Origin: Anthoceros angustus
Taxonomy: Eukaryota > Plantae > Anthocerotophyta
NCBI GenBank assembly: GCA_010909165.1
Contig: MU008159.1
Coordinates: forward strand, 1,240,001-1,304,000
DNA length: 64,000 nt
Direction of reading: 5' to 3'
Part shown: positions 1-12,940 of the stretch, in pieces
Layout of the letters: each line of letters begins with the position of its first letter
How positions within the stretch are numbered: the stretch's first letter is position 1
Position numbers and translations under genes: made by a program
Notes under the pieces: model-generated
What the model was told of the DNA's origin: nothing
What the model saw: the letters and a program-made list of their open reading frames with translations, nothing else
The model's database searches: none

Positions 1-329
1 TCAAATTAAGAAGAAGTGCACGAGCGATGCACCCAGCGATCGCACAATTGTCTTTAATGTGAGTGGTTGAATGTGACACTTAGCAGCGATACCATCCATG
101 GAAGTGGATATAGCGGGTTATGTTTGTGGATCTGTGAAGGCCGTCGGTACCACCGCGATCAAGAACCGGCCTTTTACTTTCCTCGCCATGTATGACTCAT
201 TTGCTCATCCAGTTGGAGAGGGCGACATTGGTATATATACACCGTTCTCTTGGATGCATTGCATGGAAGTCTAAAGTTGGGCGTGGTGAACATATTAAAG
301 TATCACGGAGTATTGGCAAGTGAATCTAG

Positions 330-1000
330 ACTTATTTCTTTCAAACATTAGGACCACGATCTCAAGTGTGCTCATTGAAATGGAGAAAGCTAGTAGTCTC
401 TGCAAACAAGAAAAGCAAATGAAATAGCTAGCACTTTAATGAAGCCCCCCATCAGCCCTAGCCTTAGAACAGCGTCAGCATGGAGGCCAATGGCGCTAAG
501 AGGAGTCGTAGCGTGTTAGTCCATAGACTTCCCTCTCAAAGGCACATCCATTTTCGTGGTGCAAAGAGGAGGCATAGGTCGTACAATAGCAACAAACCCT
601 CGCCCATGACCGATGCGATTGACATGTCCTAACTACAAAGGTCCGATTACCTCCATAAGATGGAACATCCATCATCATTCATCACGTGTCTGTGTAAACC
701 ACAAAATGAAAATTCTTTGAAAGCGAAAGGCACCACATGCAAGTGGCCTATGCTCCACATGTGATCACCTCGCTTCAAAATCGCGATGTTGCCCGCCGGT
801 CTTGCAAGGTAGAGCCAACATGTTCATGAGACTCTTACAGTCCTGTGTATGGAATTCAAGCGTTTCTTGCTCCATGGTGGACGACTATTATGACCTGCTG
901 CACTTGCCGTCGAAACATGCAATTACTGCAGCTAGCGATGAGGAGAGTCGGCGGTGTGCTATGCTCTATCTGCGGTGCTTAAGCACGGCTTGACCCATTT
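330..1000 (-). pseudogene. ParB-like domain protein (frameshifted; probably continues off the left edge)
   Basis: The minus strand reads YGGNRTF (~640-660), then REVYGLT...LSAIGLHA (~480-535). After a probable intron ending ttgtttgcag (~400) it reads SMSTLEIVVLMFER. This fits the GGNH...VYxGL...LxxxHN...MSxxE pattern of eukaryotic TE-associated ParB-like domains. Confidence 0.4.
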
Positions 1001-1413
1001 ATTGAGACAAAGTCACGAAGTGGGTGAGTGTGAGAAACGACTTCGTTTTCTCCGGTCCCGGCAATCTACTTGCATTCCCTTAACACCAAAGCTGAAATAC
1101 ATCTTCCAAAGCGAGAATGAATCTACCAAAATAGAAAGGGGAAGGTGGGGTTCTTGTGCCTTCATGAAGGAAGCACCTGCAGTGCAAGGCGGAGCTCTGG
1201 TAATCAAGCAACTCCTTAAATGCTTTGTCGGCGTCAGTGTTTTGCCATTGTCGGCTAATGTGGCAAATGTTATATTGAGCATATTCTAAGGTATATGCTA
1301 GTTATCGCATTAAAAATAGTGTTCGTAGTGGCATAACGATGGGCACCTAGAGTGATTCAGCATCCACCGACTAGCGGTATACACGGCCGCGTTTCCTACC
1401 GACCGCCAAAGTG

Positions 1414-2251
1414 GGCACCTCGACTTCATTACGGCATTTAGTCACGAAGGCTCTTATTCGGAAGCCCGGGTGTATCGAGTCTTAGCATCCACTTCTCATC
1501 CACCCTTCACGCATCCCCTCCTCCTCCCGGCTGGGCGTCCAGCGCCCCTCAGTGTAGAGCTGATGGCCCAATGAGCGGCAGGCGGCGTGTTGATTTACAA
1601 ATTTCGGGGCGGTAGGGTGGGATGCATGTCATTCACCGGCAAGGGTGTGCCATGGTCGGCGACTCAATTGTTGATCTCATTTGGCGGATGCACCGCACAA
1701 CCAGCGTCGTGGTTTTGAGGTGATTCACATCTATGGCGGCAGCGTTGCAGGCATAGTCATGAGACAACGGTGGCGGACTTCCTGGCGGTGGAAGCGATGG
1801 CGATGTGCGTGTTCCGGATATGGAGGGTGGAGCGGAGGATATGGTTGCCGGTGATGGCGACCTTTTGCATGCGATCCGAATGCGATGCGAGGCGGAAGGA
1901 TCGCACAAGAAGAACTCGATGCGGGGCGTTTAGCGGATGTCCGGTGCTCGGCGCTTATGACCGCCCGGCCCGGCCGTGTGCCACCACGAGGCGGCTCACG
2001 CACCATCCATCAGGACTTCTTGGTCACCCGATGGCGAGCGCATCGCGAATGTACCTCATTTGGCGCATTTGGTGAGCCGCGGATAACACCGGGCCTACTT
2101 GACAAGGTGGCAAAAGATGAGGATCTTGTGGGGCGGGTCAGGAATAGTATAGAGAATGTGCTACCCAGGCGGGAGCCAGCAGGCAGGAACTACGATGTGG
2201 AGGTGTTGCGAGTCTCGGACTTTGGTGAGAAGATCCTGACATTGTTGATTT
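1414..2251. repeat. Segment X, copy 1 (same orientation as 24348-25127)
   Basis: Continuous similarity from ggcacctcgacttcatt to ttgttgattt. The minus strand of copy 2 has a zinc-knuckle-like VCRAPGHPVKRC. Confidence 0.85.
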
Positions 2252-2952
2252 TGGAAGCGAAGCTTGGAAACAATATCGCCGCCGGTGATGGCGGAGTTAC
2301 CGTCTTGGGGAGTCGTCCAAGAGCTAATGTGGTCAAGTGGTCCCACAGGATCTTTGTTTGGTGATTGTGAGGCCATCCAGTTGGAGTTGCGAGATGATGC
2401 CTCGCCACATCAAAATAAAGGTGAGGATTCGTTATAACGAAACTATGGCATTTATAGCGTAAAATCTCCGGCCAAAGCTAGAATGGATTTGGTCTTAGAG
2501 AAGCATTGTTCAGGGCTGTTAGCGCCGATTTAAGCGAAGCGAATAAATAGCCCTGGGTAAAAAAGGGTTTCTCTCGCAATAAGGGGTTTTAAGGCAAAAC
2601 TCCGTCTTTTCTTAAGAGCAAACGCCACAAGCGGATAGGTCTTCTCGGTTTTTAACGCCAATGTGCACTGGGCTTGGAATGAGTGATCAATTCGGTGCCC
2701 GTTACGCATGTTTTGGCGCTACCGTGTCTCCATGCACAAGTAAATGAGCCATTTAAGAAGGTGTAAATGAAATGAAATATGTGTTTTGATAGGTTTTCAG
2801 CATGTCTCCATGTCATCCAAAGCGTGGGGTTTGCTCGCTTGCCTCCGGATGAGTCGCGCTCCGTTCCTCATCTCGCGGAGAATTATATAGAATCATAAAA
2901 CATGAAGTTTGATCAACTCGCAATGCAAAATCGCTATTTTCAAATATAGGTG

Positions 2953-5900
2953 CTACTCAACTGGTGGTGTCTGAAGATCATCTCTTCCATCTACCATTAG
3001 GGATCGCAAATAGAGGACAAAATGATTCGCTGCCGTTTTTCCTTCTAGTCCGTCGGACGCTGGTTGGGAGCTATCTTCAAACATGCCTTCGAAAACCCCG
3101 ACTGGGTTAGGATCTCCAATACCTCGTCCGTGTGTCCGTCTCGCAATTGGTCCAGAACTAATGCTTTGGCCGGCATGGACTCGCGGATCATCCTCAACTC
3201 GAACATGGTCTTGGGTTTTAATATCATTGACCATGACTGTATGGTGAAACGTTTCTCCTCGCGCCTCAAGGTGGTGGGCTGAGCCCTTGTCGTTATTCCC
3301 AGCTTCCGCGATTTGCATATGGTGGAGTTCAAATAGCTTGGTCTTTATGAGCTCTTGGGTTCTCACATAAAGCGTGCTCTCTCGCGTCAGGGCAAACCCA
3401 TATGAAAGAATAAAGGTCTCCGCCAGCACAAGGCGATCGAGATGCTTCGGACGCTTCCGCCTTTGACGTAGAGCATTCTTGTCCACTTGATTGGGTGGCA
3501 AAATCTCTTGGTATATGACCTTCAAATGCATTGTTGTTCTCCGTAACCCACCATTGCCACTGAGGTGGTTCGTCAAAATCTAGGTTCTCCTACGCAACCC
3601 AAAAGGCTGTTTTGGTCATCCGCCTCACATGCAGCAATCATATAGCCCATGGATCTCGACCACATCTCTCCGAACCGTGCACTTTCCTTGCCCTTGCGCT
3701 TCGGATATAATTACCAAGGTACATGCCTCGTTCCTTGCTCACCGGACAGAGAAGCGAACATCCGGCACAAGGATGGTATCGCTTATTTCGCCTCTACCGA
3801 TTGTACCCGCCATGGTATCTCTAGCTCATGGTCGGCCCTGGAGATTTTCGTCGGAGCTTGTGACTCCCAAAAGCCGTTCCACCATATCTTGTCGGCCTTT
3901 GGTAAGTGTACGCATCGGCTCTTGAGTGCCTTCACGATGCCATCCAATGATCTATGAGGGTTGGGATCGGAGCTTTCCCATGTACTTGTAGTGCACTGAG
4001 GTGCCCCACGGATGGGGGTTTCGGGATGGCGAAGAAACTCAAGTCCCTCGTCGGGTTCCGGTGAGGTGGTTGATAAATATTTGCCGCACTACAACCATGC
4101 CCGCTGTTCTTCTCTCGTGATTTTAAATTGATGTTGATAATTGTGGTTGTTCAAGCGTCCAAGCTGCAGCATCCGTGCCCCCTTTTACCCATCGAAGGCC
4201 ATACATACCATCCATCAACCGGTAATCACTTTCATACGGATTTGGGGTATACGCTTGTTCAATAAGCGTCATCGAGTTAAGTGACATTGCCTTCTTATGT
4301 CTTAGACTTTTGAAAAACAAGAGAACATTTGATCCAAATCATGGGTGTGCCCGACGAAGGAATCCAACTTTAACCTTCTCGAATACCCGCTTCTTCACCC
4401 GGCATACTCAGATATGCAAACAACGGCATATTCTTGTTCTCCAGCGGTGTTGTCCAATTGAAGGTAAAGGTCTTTGGCAAGACCGTCATAGTTGAGTATA
4501 ATATCTTGAATAATATGTATCGTCGAGTTGGCATCATTGCGGATGTTCGGATAGTTGACATACACCTTCGTCTTCATCACATTATTGTATACCAAACAAC
4601 CAACAACATGAACACGAATTAACCCATCGGAAATCTTTTGGAGGCCAAGTCGAGCTGCTTTCTGGTCCATTCCATCTATGGCAATTCCAATATATCGGCT
4701 GGTTGTCCGCGCACTTCAGCCGATGCTTCGCTAGCCGATCGCTCTTGTTTTAAGCGAACTGCTGGAGCGATTCGCTCTCAAAGCGTTACGCCAAAGAACC
4801 ATGACGATGAGATTCTTATATTGCATAGCGAGGCGCGGTTGGCGCTTGTGACTGGTGCGGCGCGGGCGCACTGGGCAGGTCTTGGCAGCGGCGCAGCTCG
4901 GCGCCTCACGCCTTGCGGCCTTGGCTGCGCGCACACTGCGCCTTGCTTGGCTGCTCGTGATCGTGCACTCCCTCTGTCTTGGCCGTCACCTTTACTCTGT
5001 CGCCTGCTTGGCCCAGTCCTTACACTTGGACCTACCTTGATCTTCGATCATCGTGGTCGAATGGCCGTCTTGATAGTTTCACACATTTGTTTGGGCGCAC
5101 TTGGGATCTTGACATTGGGAAGTGCATCTTCCATAATGCGCAAAATGAGAGTGAGATCGTTTGACATCCACGTGCCACCTCCGTTTGTAGTCTTGGAAGA
5201 TCTCTCCTTGATAGGAGTCGCGGGTTGAACAACGCGTTTGGCATCGCTCTGCAGATATCTTAAAAATTGGTCCATCCAAGCAATGCATTCTAGCACATGG
5301 TCTTGCTTTGGACGGGCTTGGACCTTCATTCATGGTGGTGTGTTAGGAGAACCATTTGTCGGATCGTGATACCTTCTCCATCCAATGCGAGAACACCTTG
5401 CGAAAACTTGAACACAACATTGCGTTCGAGGTCTCGGGAGGTAGTTGATCACCTTTGTTGTGTCGGGATAGAGTTGAACTACCTCAGCGGCTTTCCAATC
5501 TGAGTTCTTGTTCGACCCATTCCCAGAGCGATACCTAAGGTTTTCTATATGTTTCCTTCCAACTTCGACCAAACATCCTTTGCTACAACAATGTGACGAC
5601 CATACTTTCACAAGATCGCTCATTGGAGCACAACCTTTGAGCACGCTTCCGTCTGTTGGGATATTGCAGTCCTTCAAAAGCCATATGTCTGATGTAATCT
5701 TCGATGGAGCGATGAAACGTCTTCTGGTCGCATCGGAGAATAGCGGCCAGCCGTCGAGAGCATCTTCTTTTGCGGAGGCCCACGTCACAGCCACTTCCTT
5801 GTTAGGGATCGTCAAAAGAATTAGGCCTTGGAGAAGAAGAACTTCGTCATTCTCTAATGGAGTCGTATCCATGACCATTACCGTTTTGGAATAGAAGCAT

Positions 5901-5977
5901 CGGCGTAGTTTCCATAACAGCGAACTTTGTTGCGCGATGTCTCGATGTCCCGGGAGGCGTTGAAATAGCTCCACCAT
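2953..5977 (-). mobile_element. DUF7869-type (Sola-like DDD/E) transposase, copy A, frameshifted
   Basis: Motifs in order: HCCSKGCL; NDANSTIHII...DLYLQLDNTAGE-NKNMPLFAYLSM; KVGFL; AYTPNP; IWWNGFW; QPFWVA...WWVTENNNAFEG; GFALTRESTL...IKTKLFEL. Collinear with copy B. Confidence 0.75.
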
Positions 5978-6959
5978 TGTCCTCTACATTCAGTCGCGCA
6001 ATCAAATGCCATGCCGCTTCCCCGATTACGCCATATTTGAGGAGGCTGCATTGCGATATCTTTGGATCAAGTATCCACAAGGTGAGGCGAGAATGTGAAA
6101 AGGATAGTGGCCCGTAATCGAAACGTTCAAATTAGGGGACTTCATGGTTGGACATAGTGATGTGACCATAAAATAAACTCTACATAGCGGCAATAGCCTT
6201 GGGTGAGTTTATAAACCCAGTTACTTAACCCTTGGTTAAAAACTCGAGGTGTCAAGCCTGAATTAACCATGGTTCCATCTTAAGCGAGGGGCATCCAAAA
6301 AATTCCGTTTTAGGGTTAAACACAGGTTTTAGGTAGCGGTGCCTCCTCTGTTCCTCGGCGTTTTGGGTCCAGTGCGACGGATTGTGCAGGGTGTGTGGCG
6401 GGTGGCAAGCGAGTAGAGTAGCAGCGAGGGCGGGGCAGTTGTTGAAGGGAGAGCAGTCACAGCGCCTCGGAATTTGTGGGCTGATCTCATGCTCGGGAAG
6501 CTGCGAGGTGGGCCCGTAAGGGCACCTTGAGGGCCCACCATAGGCCGGGCGCGCCTGGGCTGCAAAGCGCCAGGCGGATGAGGCCTTGGGCGCCCCTGAG
6601 GGCCTTGTAAGCGCCCACACGGGAGCTGCTGATGAGCGCCTAAGCACACCAGGGGGCGTGCCCTGTGAAGACGCCTACGTGCGCAGGCTTCATCGTGCGT
6701 GCCAGAGGCACCGCGGGGGTGTATGAGGCCATGCAGGCGTGAGGCGGGCGTGCGCCCAGGTGCTCATCGCCTTCCTCCGGTGTCTCCTCGGTGGCTTGTT
6801 CGATCAATCGCGGTTCTGTTCATAACGGTGGAGAAAATGTTTTGGTGATTTGCAGTGTAGGCAGGCGGAGGCTCTACGCTTGAGAGGTCGTAAACGTGTT
6901 CTGGCGAGATCTAAGAATCATCACCGACCTTCTCGAAGTGCGAAATAGCAGCGGTTGGT

Positions 6960-8552
6960 GCCTTCAATTCTTCTCTTGTAAGTTTGCTAACATGTGACGA
7001 TTTTATTCTGCGTGTTTTTTTCCGGATGTAGCCGGTAGTGGGAGAAAAGTTAAATGCGGAAAGCCAGCGTGGTGGACCGTCCTCCCGGCAACCTCCTCAA
7101 GCGAGTGCTGCAGGCAGGGGCTGTCTTGAGCGGGGAAACGAGGGGGTGATGGCACAGTGGTGCGAGCACGAAGGCCAAGCAATCGAGTTGCCCAGGCGGG
7201 ATTGAGTTGCACATAGGAACTCACAAGGAAGAGGTGGGCGTCCCAAGGCTTGAAGGGAAGAGGCGAGGAAGGAGCATGTTAGGTAGAATAGTACCCAGAC
7301 ATTGTTTGTGAATTAGGCATTGTGCGGCACTACGCTCGAGAACCCTTTCACTTCGCCGCGAAAGGAGGCGCCTTGAAGGAGATATGTGCACATCTTCCAG
7401 CAGGGTCTACTTGACAGTAGATGGTGCATCCATGAAGGCATTCACTCGGGGCCAACTTTGATCCAATCCCGATGTTATGGGTCAATGGATACATGGACGT
7501 GTTGAAGACAGGAAGATAGTGGTGGGCTACATCCTATGGGCGGAAGTACGAGTCGGATCAAATGTGAGTGAAGCTTTTGATACGCACTATGAAGAAGTTT
7601 TACATGAAGACTTCTAATTGTATCGGATGCTTGTCTTGGCTGAGACGACAAGTTGATTGCGAGCACAGCCTTGGCAACAGCCGCGTCCAAACGAGACTTG
7701 ATGTTGCTCTTACTTTCGTTTAACTTGTCTGCTAAGCCACATGTCTCTTGCAGCAATGGGGAAGAAATAATACAGATCAAATATGGACCATGTCTTGAAA
7801 AGGTATGAAGCACCGGTAGGATAGAGAGGTTGAGGATGGCCTTGAAATCAACCAAAATGGAGGACATAGAGGGGAGGCGGACCTTTCGTGAAGGATTGTT
7901 CGAGACTCCGCCAGAAAGGAAGCAAGGTAAAGACGTGAATGAGGGCTAAGACAGACGCGGGACAATCCGGCGGTCCTCAAATGCGTAATCGAGTTGTTTG
8001 CGCCATCAGCAGGCAAGTGTTGACATCTAGAAAACATCCGAAGTGTATGCGATAATGATAGATGTCGTCCCGAAGAGAAGAGCGCAAGCTAGGCCCTGGC
8101 AAAACCAAAAGCAGGGACATAGAGACCTCTCTAATTGTTCGAGAAATTCGGGAAAGTCCGCAAAAGCGTGAAGGGCTAAGCATACGGACGTGAATAGCGA
8201 TCCTCAGCGACTGATAACCATGGCTGCTATCACCAAGACGATCGTAAGCTACTGATTATCCTCTAACCCAGTCGAGGTCGCTCACAGATCAAGATGCATC
8301 CCTCCACACGGACATGAGTGCCATCCATAAGCTGGGCGGCTGAAACATGCTCGTCCAAGAGGTAGATGGAGTAAGGACCAGCATCTTCTCGAAATAAAAG
8401 GGACCGGTCACGAGAAGTACTTCTCGTTTGTATGATAGACCCAAGAGAGTGCCCAACCGTCGATGACTACGATAAGGATCAGCTGAAGAAACAACAATAC
8501 ACTATGGGAGTCTTAGGTGGAAATCACAGCTTCTATGCTTTTGTAAACGACT
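6960..8552 (-). other. Fragmented ORF(s) of unknown function next to cassette 1
   Basis: Chain of overlapping minus-strand ORFs (7003-7224, 7475-7867, 7777-8037, 7977-8183) downstream of a TATAAATA on the minus strand at ~8653-8660. No recognisable domain. Confidence 0.3.
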
Positions 8553-11500
8553 TAGACTCGGAAACCCCCTATTGAAATGTGCTTGAAGTAGTTTTTTTTG
8601 TTTTTGGGTCAAGTGTGGTGTGAAAATAAGACAGGTTGACAGTAGGCAAGGGTATTTATAGTAGAAATGACCTTGGCCTATGGGGTTTTCTTGTTTTTAT
8701 TTCTTAGATTAGATAATAAGTGGTCGAGACTGCTGATGTTCCAGCAGCCTTAGTGTAGGATATCCTCTAAAAGTCTATATATGTGAGGTAGGGGTTGGCG
8801 TATTTAGGGTTTGTCGATCTATGGGGTTAGAATCGAATGCAGCCGGTGATGTTGAAAGGGTGAGAGGTTGGAAGGGGATGGCCCAGGGGGTCGTGGAAAG
8901 AGGAAATGGTCGTGAGGCGGCCGTGATGAGGAAGCTTGGGAACAACCCTAAAGAAATTTGAAAGTAACGTTAATGGCGACAATGGTGGAGCGAAGTGAAA
9001 GCGTGAGCCGCATGACCTTGGGGCATCGAGGAGAAATTTGAGAGGATACGCGTCCATGGAGAGGCCGAGGAGGCTAATCAGCGGAGGAGGCAGCCTCAAA
9101 CCCTCACCCGGTGAGGTCGCCAACAGAGGAAGGGGCGCTGGCTGGCGTTGTTGAGGAGGTAGGAACACTGGACGGTGACCTGAGAATTTGGCAAGACTTC
9201 ACCCATTTGGTGAGGTCGAGGGGCTGTGAGGATGGCGCCCAAGGTCCTGGTGAGATTGTGCTTGCCCAATGGCCAAACATGGATCATTGGAAGTCCGAGG
9301 GGAATTGGTGAAGGGCTGGGGCTGGGTTTCATGGAGAAGCGCTGGAATTACATGAACACAGGGGAGTGGTCATCCGAAGGCAAGCAATCGGGAAGGGGAT
9401 TAGGCGAGGCCCAGGATTGGGATCTGGAATTGGTTAGGAGGGTGTATGGGCGATAAGGAGGCGGTGGTTTGGTGATGGAACCTTCCGGAAAAAGCCGGCG
9501 GCCATACTGGTTAAGGCGGGCGTGTCAGGAACAATTTGGGCGGCCTTGCAGCAACAGTTGATGGGCTGGCGGATGGCTCCTATGTTTCTTCTGACACAAG
9601 CGGGATTATTTGTCGACCACTTCTGCTGTTCCTCCATGAAGTTGTCGAAAATCGATTGAGACGGTCTCTTGACAAATTGTGTGAGAGGATGAACTGATTC
9701 TCCTACCCTCGGCCCTCTCTAATTTCACCTTTCGGTCCATCTTTGTCGCATGCTGCCGGTGGATTGTGGCCTCCTTCACATGTGGAAGCCGGTTAGGGAG
9801 GTGAAGTGGAAGGCGGAGGAGCCCAAGGAGGAATCGAGTGGAATCGACGGTGGGAGTCTGGCTGCGGGCAGCTACGAGGAAGAAGGAAATTTCCACCAAG
9901 AAGGAAGGCCGGGGTGCGGGCCTCGGCGAAAAGGTGAAGGTGTGGCAGCGTCACTGGTCAGCGGCGCCCTGCAGTAAAGGCCAATCGGCAGGTTGAGGTG
10001 GCGGAAGAAGAGGCGCGGTCGGAGGAAGACGGTGTCTTGACACGGATCACGGATGATGAACCAACCCGGAGGTAGTGACCTCGAGCGGACCTCTCCTCGG
10101 CATGGGAGGAGATTTTCAAGGGACTCCAGGCAGTGGATGCGGTGAATTGGTGAGGGTCGCACCCTTTGGGAAGGAAAGTGCTCGGCGGAGGATGGCGTGC
10201 GGGGCCGCCTGTGGTGGATTGCGGGGGCCCGGATGGTGATCCGGGCCCAAGTTGTTAGATCAAGCGGCCTTGGCTCTCACATGGCTCGTGTGCAAGGCGG
10301 GAGGAAGTAGTGAAGGCCGGGTTTGTGAAGGGAGGCCAAGCGCAACAGCTGGAGGAAGACAAGCGAGACCTAGAGGAAAAAAGGGCCAAGATTCGAGAGG
10401 ATTTGTCGGGGCTCGGGGAGAAGTTCTGAGGCCATGTCAGTGAGCTCATGGCTCAAATTAAGGATGCCCATGAGGGGAACGGGAGATGCGGGAGGCATTG
10501 CGAGCCCGAGCAGAGGCGGCCTCTGTGGAGAAGGAAAGGCCGGGCGGAGCAGTATAAGCAGGAGGCGGGATGAGGCACGTGGCCGAGCGGAAAGGATAAG
10601 GGAAGGGGCGAGGTGGCGGGACCACGGGGGTAGTGGAAGGAACTACCGCGGGGAAGCGACAAGCGGTGGCGAAACACCTACGGGGTTCTTTGAGCAGGGC
10701 GGCGTCGTGGAGTCCACTGCGGCAGTGAGGCACTTGCAGGCATTGGGCCCGGCGGCGGGAGAGGCGGCGGGCGCCTCGCGAGGACATGGGCCAAGCAACC
10801 GGTGTAGCCGGGAGGAGGTAAGCACCTCAGTGCGGAGGTCCTATTATGTTGCGGCACATGGATGAGAAACTTATGTTCTGGTCTATATGTGAATGGGGAG
10901 CGTGCTTAACCTCCTTTGTCCATGTGCGTGTGGAAATAGGAGGGATCGGGGCCTACCTCTCAGTGAGGACTCAAGTGCATACTTCTGCTACTGCCAGTGT
11001 GGGGTTGGCCCCTATTATGCGGAGGCGACTTTGGAGGAGTTAAGTGAGGAGGAGGTCCGGGCTTGGGTGGGCGAGGCAGTAATAATCCTCGGCAATAGGC
11101 GGCAAGCGGAAGGCAGAAGCTCAGGCGATACACCTCAAATTAGGGCGTCCGGCGGTGGCGGTGAGGTGGTATTGTGGATCGGATCGGCGTGGCGGGAGGG
11201 CTCGTGGCGGCGATGGAGGGCGAAGGGCCGAGGCGGCCAAGTCGAGGGCGCGCGGATAAGCGTGGCGAGATGGTGATAGCATCCTAAGGATAGATTTGGT
11301 TAGGATCTTGCTTGGACCTAAGATCGCTCCGAATTGTGGGTGCGTCCCTTCATGATAGCCATCTTGGGACCTAAAAATCAGGGCATGGCCCATCCGATGT
11401 ATAAGAGAGTGTGCCTCGCGATAATTTGGTTGAGATCCCACCCGCATGGCTGGTTGGAGCGTCCAGGTCGGAGTGGTGTGAGGCAGCTCCTAGGGGTGGT

Positions 11501-12387
11501 CGAGCTTGCTCATGAGGCAGCGGAGGAGGTGAGTGGCGATCCTCGGCGGAGGGAAATCGAGGATTGGCGGCGGAGGCTTGCTGTGGCTTTTGTGGCCATT
11601 CTTCCTCCTTACCCTTCCTTTTGTTGTTCGAAATTAAGAGTGTATGTGGTGTGGTGAATGGGCACGAGGCGTGTCGAGAGAAAAGTGGAAGAAGTGAATC
11701 GAGGAGGAGAAAGAGTGGGTGAGTGTCAGCGATCACGAGGTGTAAGGCGGTGTGAGAAGTTGAGGAAGAGAACTAACTAAGCGATGGTGGAAATTGCGGT
11801 CGAGAGGATCCCAAAAGCTTTGTTCGTGAAGGTGAGCACAGAGGAAATATCATTCCTTCGAATTGTGTGAAGCTGTGTGTGTGTGTGAAGCGGTTGAGAG
11901 GGATCTGTGGGCGTGGTCCCTAAGAATCGATGTGTGTGTGAGTACGGGTGTGGGGTGCGAGGCCATCAAAACCTGATCTGGAAGTGCCGGTGTGCCGCCT
12001 GTATTGATAGGGACCTGGGCGCCAGCGCGCCGTGCGCCGAGGATGAGCCGCTAGGGTTTGGTGTGGGACCCACCTACCGGTGGTCGTCAGTAACTACCGG
12101 TGGTAGTGATGAGCCACATGCAGAGTAGCTCTCGGGGAGAACCGAGGAGGGTCGTAGAATAAGTTTGAGGTCGTGGAAAAGATCCATGGTAGTTAGACAA
12201 GTTGGAAAGTAGTAGTGAGGCGAAAAGATGGGTGAGGAGGAGGAATAGTGAAAAGTCCTAACTTAGGTAAAGGTGAGTAACGATAGAGTTAGCGTCTCTT
12301 GGCACAAATCATTCCCTTGGGAGCGAATCCCAAGACTACTACTTTGACATTTAGGGTAAATGTAGACCTCACTATGTCAAGGACACG
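8553..12387. repeat. ~3.8 kb coding cassette, copy 1
   Basis: Aligns end to end with 12941-16620, from tagactcggaaacccc to gacctcac...gacacg. Contains a short plus-strand ORF and a long minus-strand ORF. Confidence 0.9.
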
Positions 12388-12940
12388 GGACACAAGTTAC
12401 ACTCCTGACGCCTTTCCGGAGACTATACGCTAAGAGGCCAGGAGAATTCGGTGACTACCAAATATATGGGCTTCCATATGTCATGCGCGCCGGGTTGGCC
12501 CTTGGCCGAGATGAGATGTTTGTAGCGGATCACAATGTAAAGGCCGATTTCGAGAAACTGGATGTCTTTCATCGAAGCAAGTTTGGTACATCACACGATG
12601 AGATGAAGAGATTGCGAACGCTAGGATGGCGTTAACATTACTATGGTGGAAATACAATACATGCGGTGATGCTCGGCGTGATCGGGGATACCCTTGCAGA
12701 CTGCGAAGATATGCAACAATGTCTACGGCGGTTAGTAGACTGGTCAGAAAAACCGGCGTGCTTTTCTGCACAATGAGATGTCAGGCGCATATGCGGGATG
12801 GGGTGGATGAAGTATTCGACCTTTGGGAGAGCGAAGGGTGTTCTTGGGAAGCAGTAAACCGCATAAAAAGGCAACAAAGGAAAATCTAAAGCCTTTGGGC
12901 CTCGACCACGGCGGTCACGAAATAGACACAGCAAGCGATC

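Noticed and set aside
4638-5228. 196-aa plus-strand ORF
   Set aside because: Antisense shadow of transposase A in GC-rich sequence.
6180-6800. Short palindromes and GC-rich repeats as a transposon terminus
   Set aside because: No matching inverted partner or TSD was found in the window.
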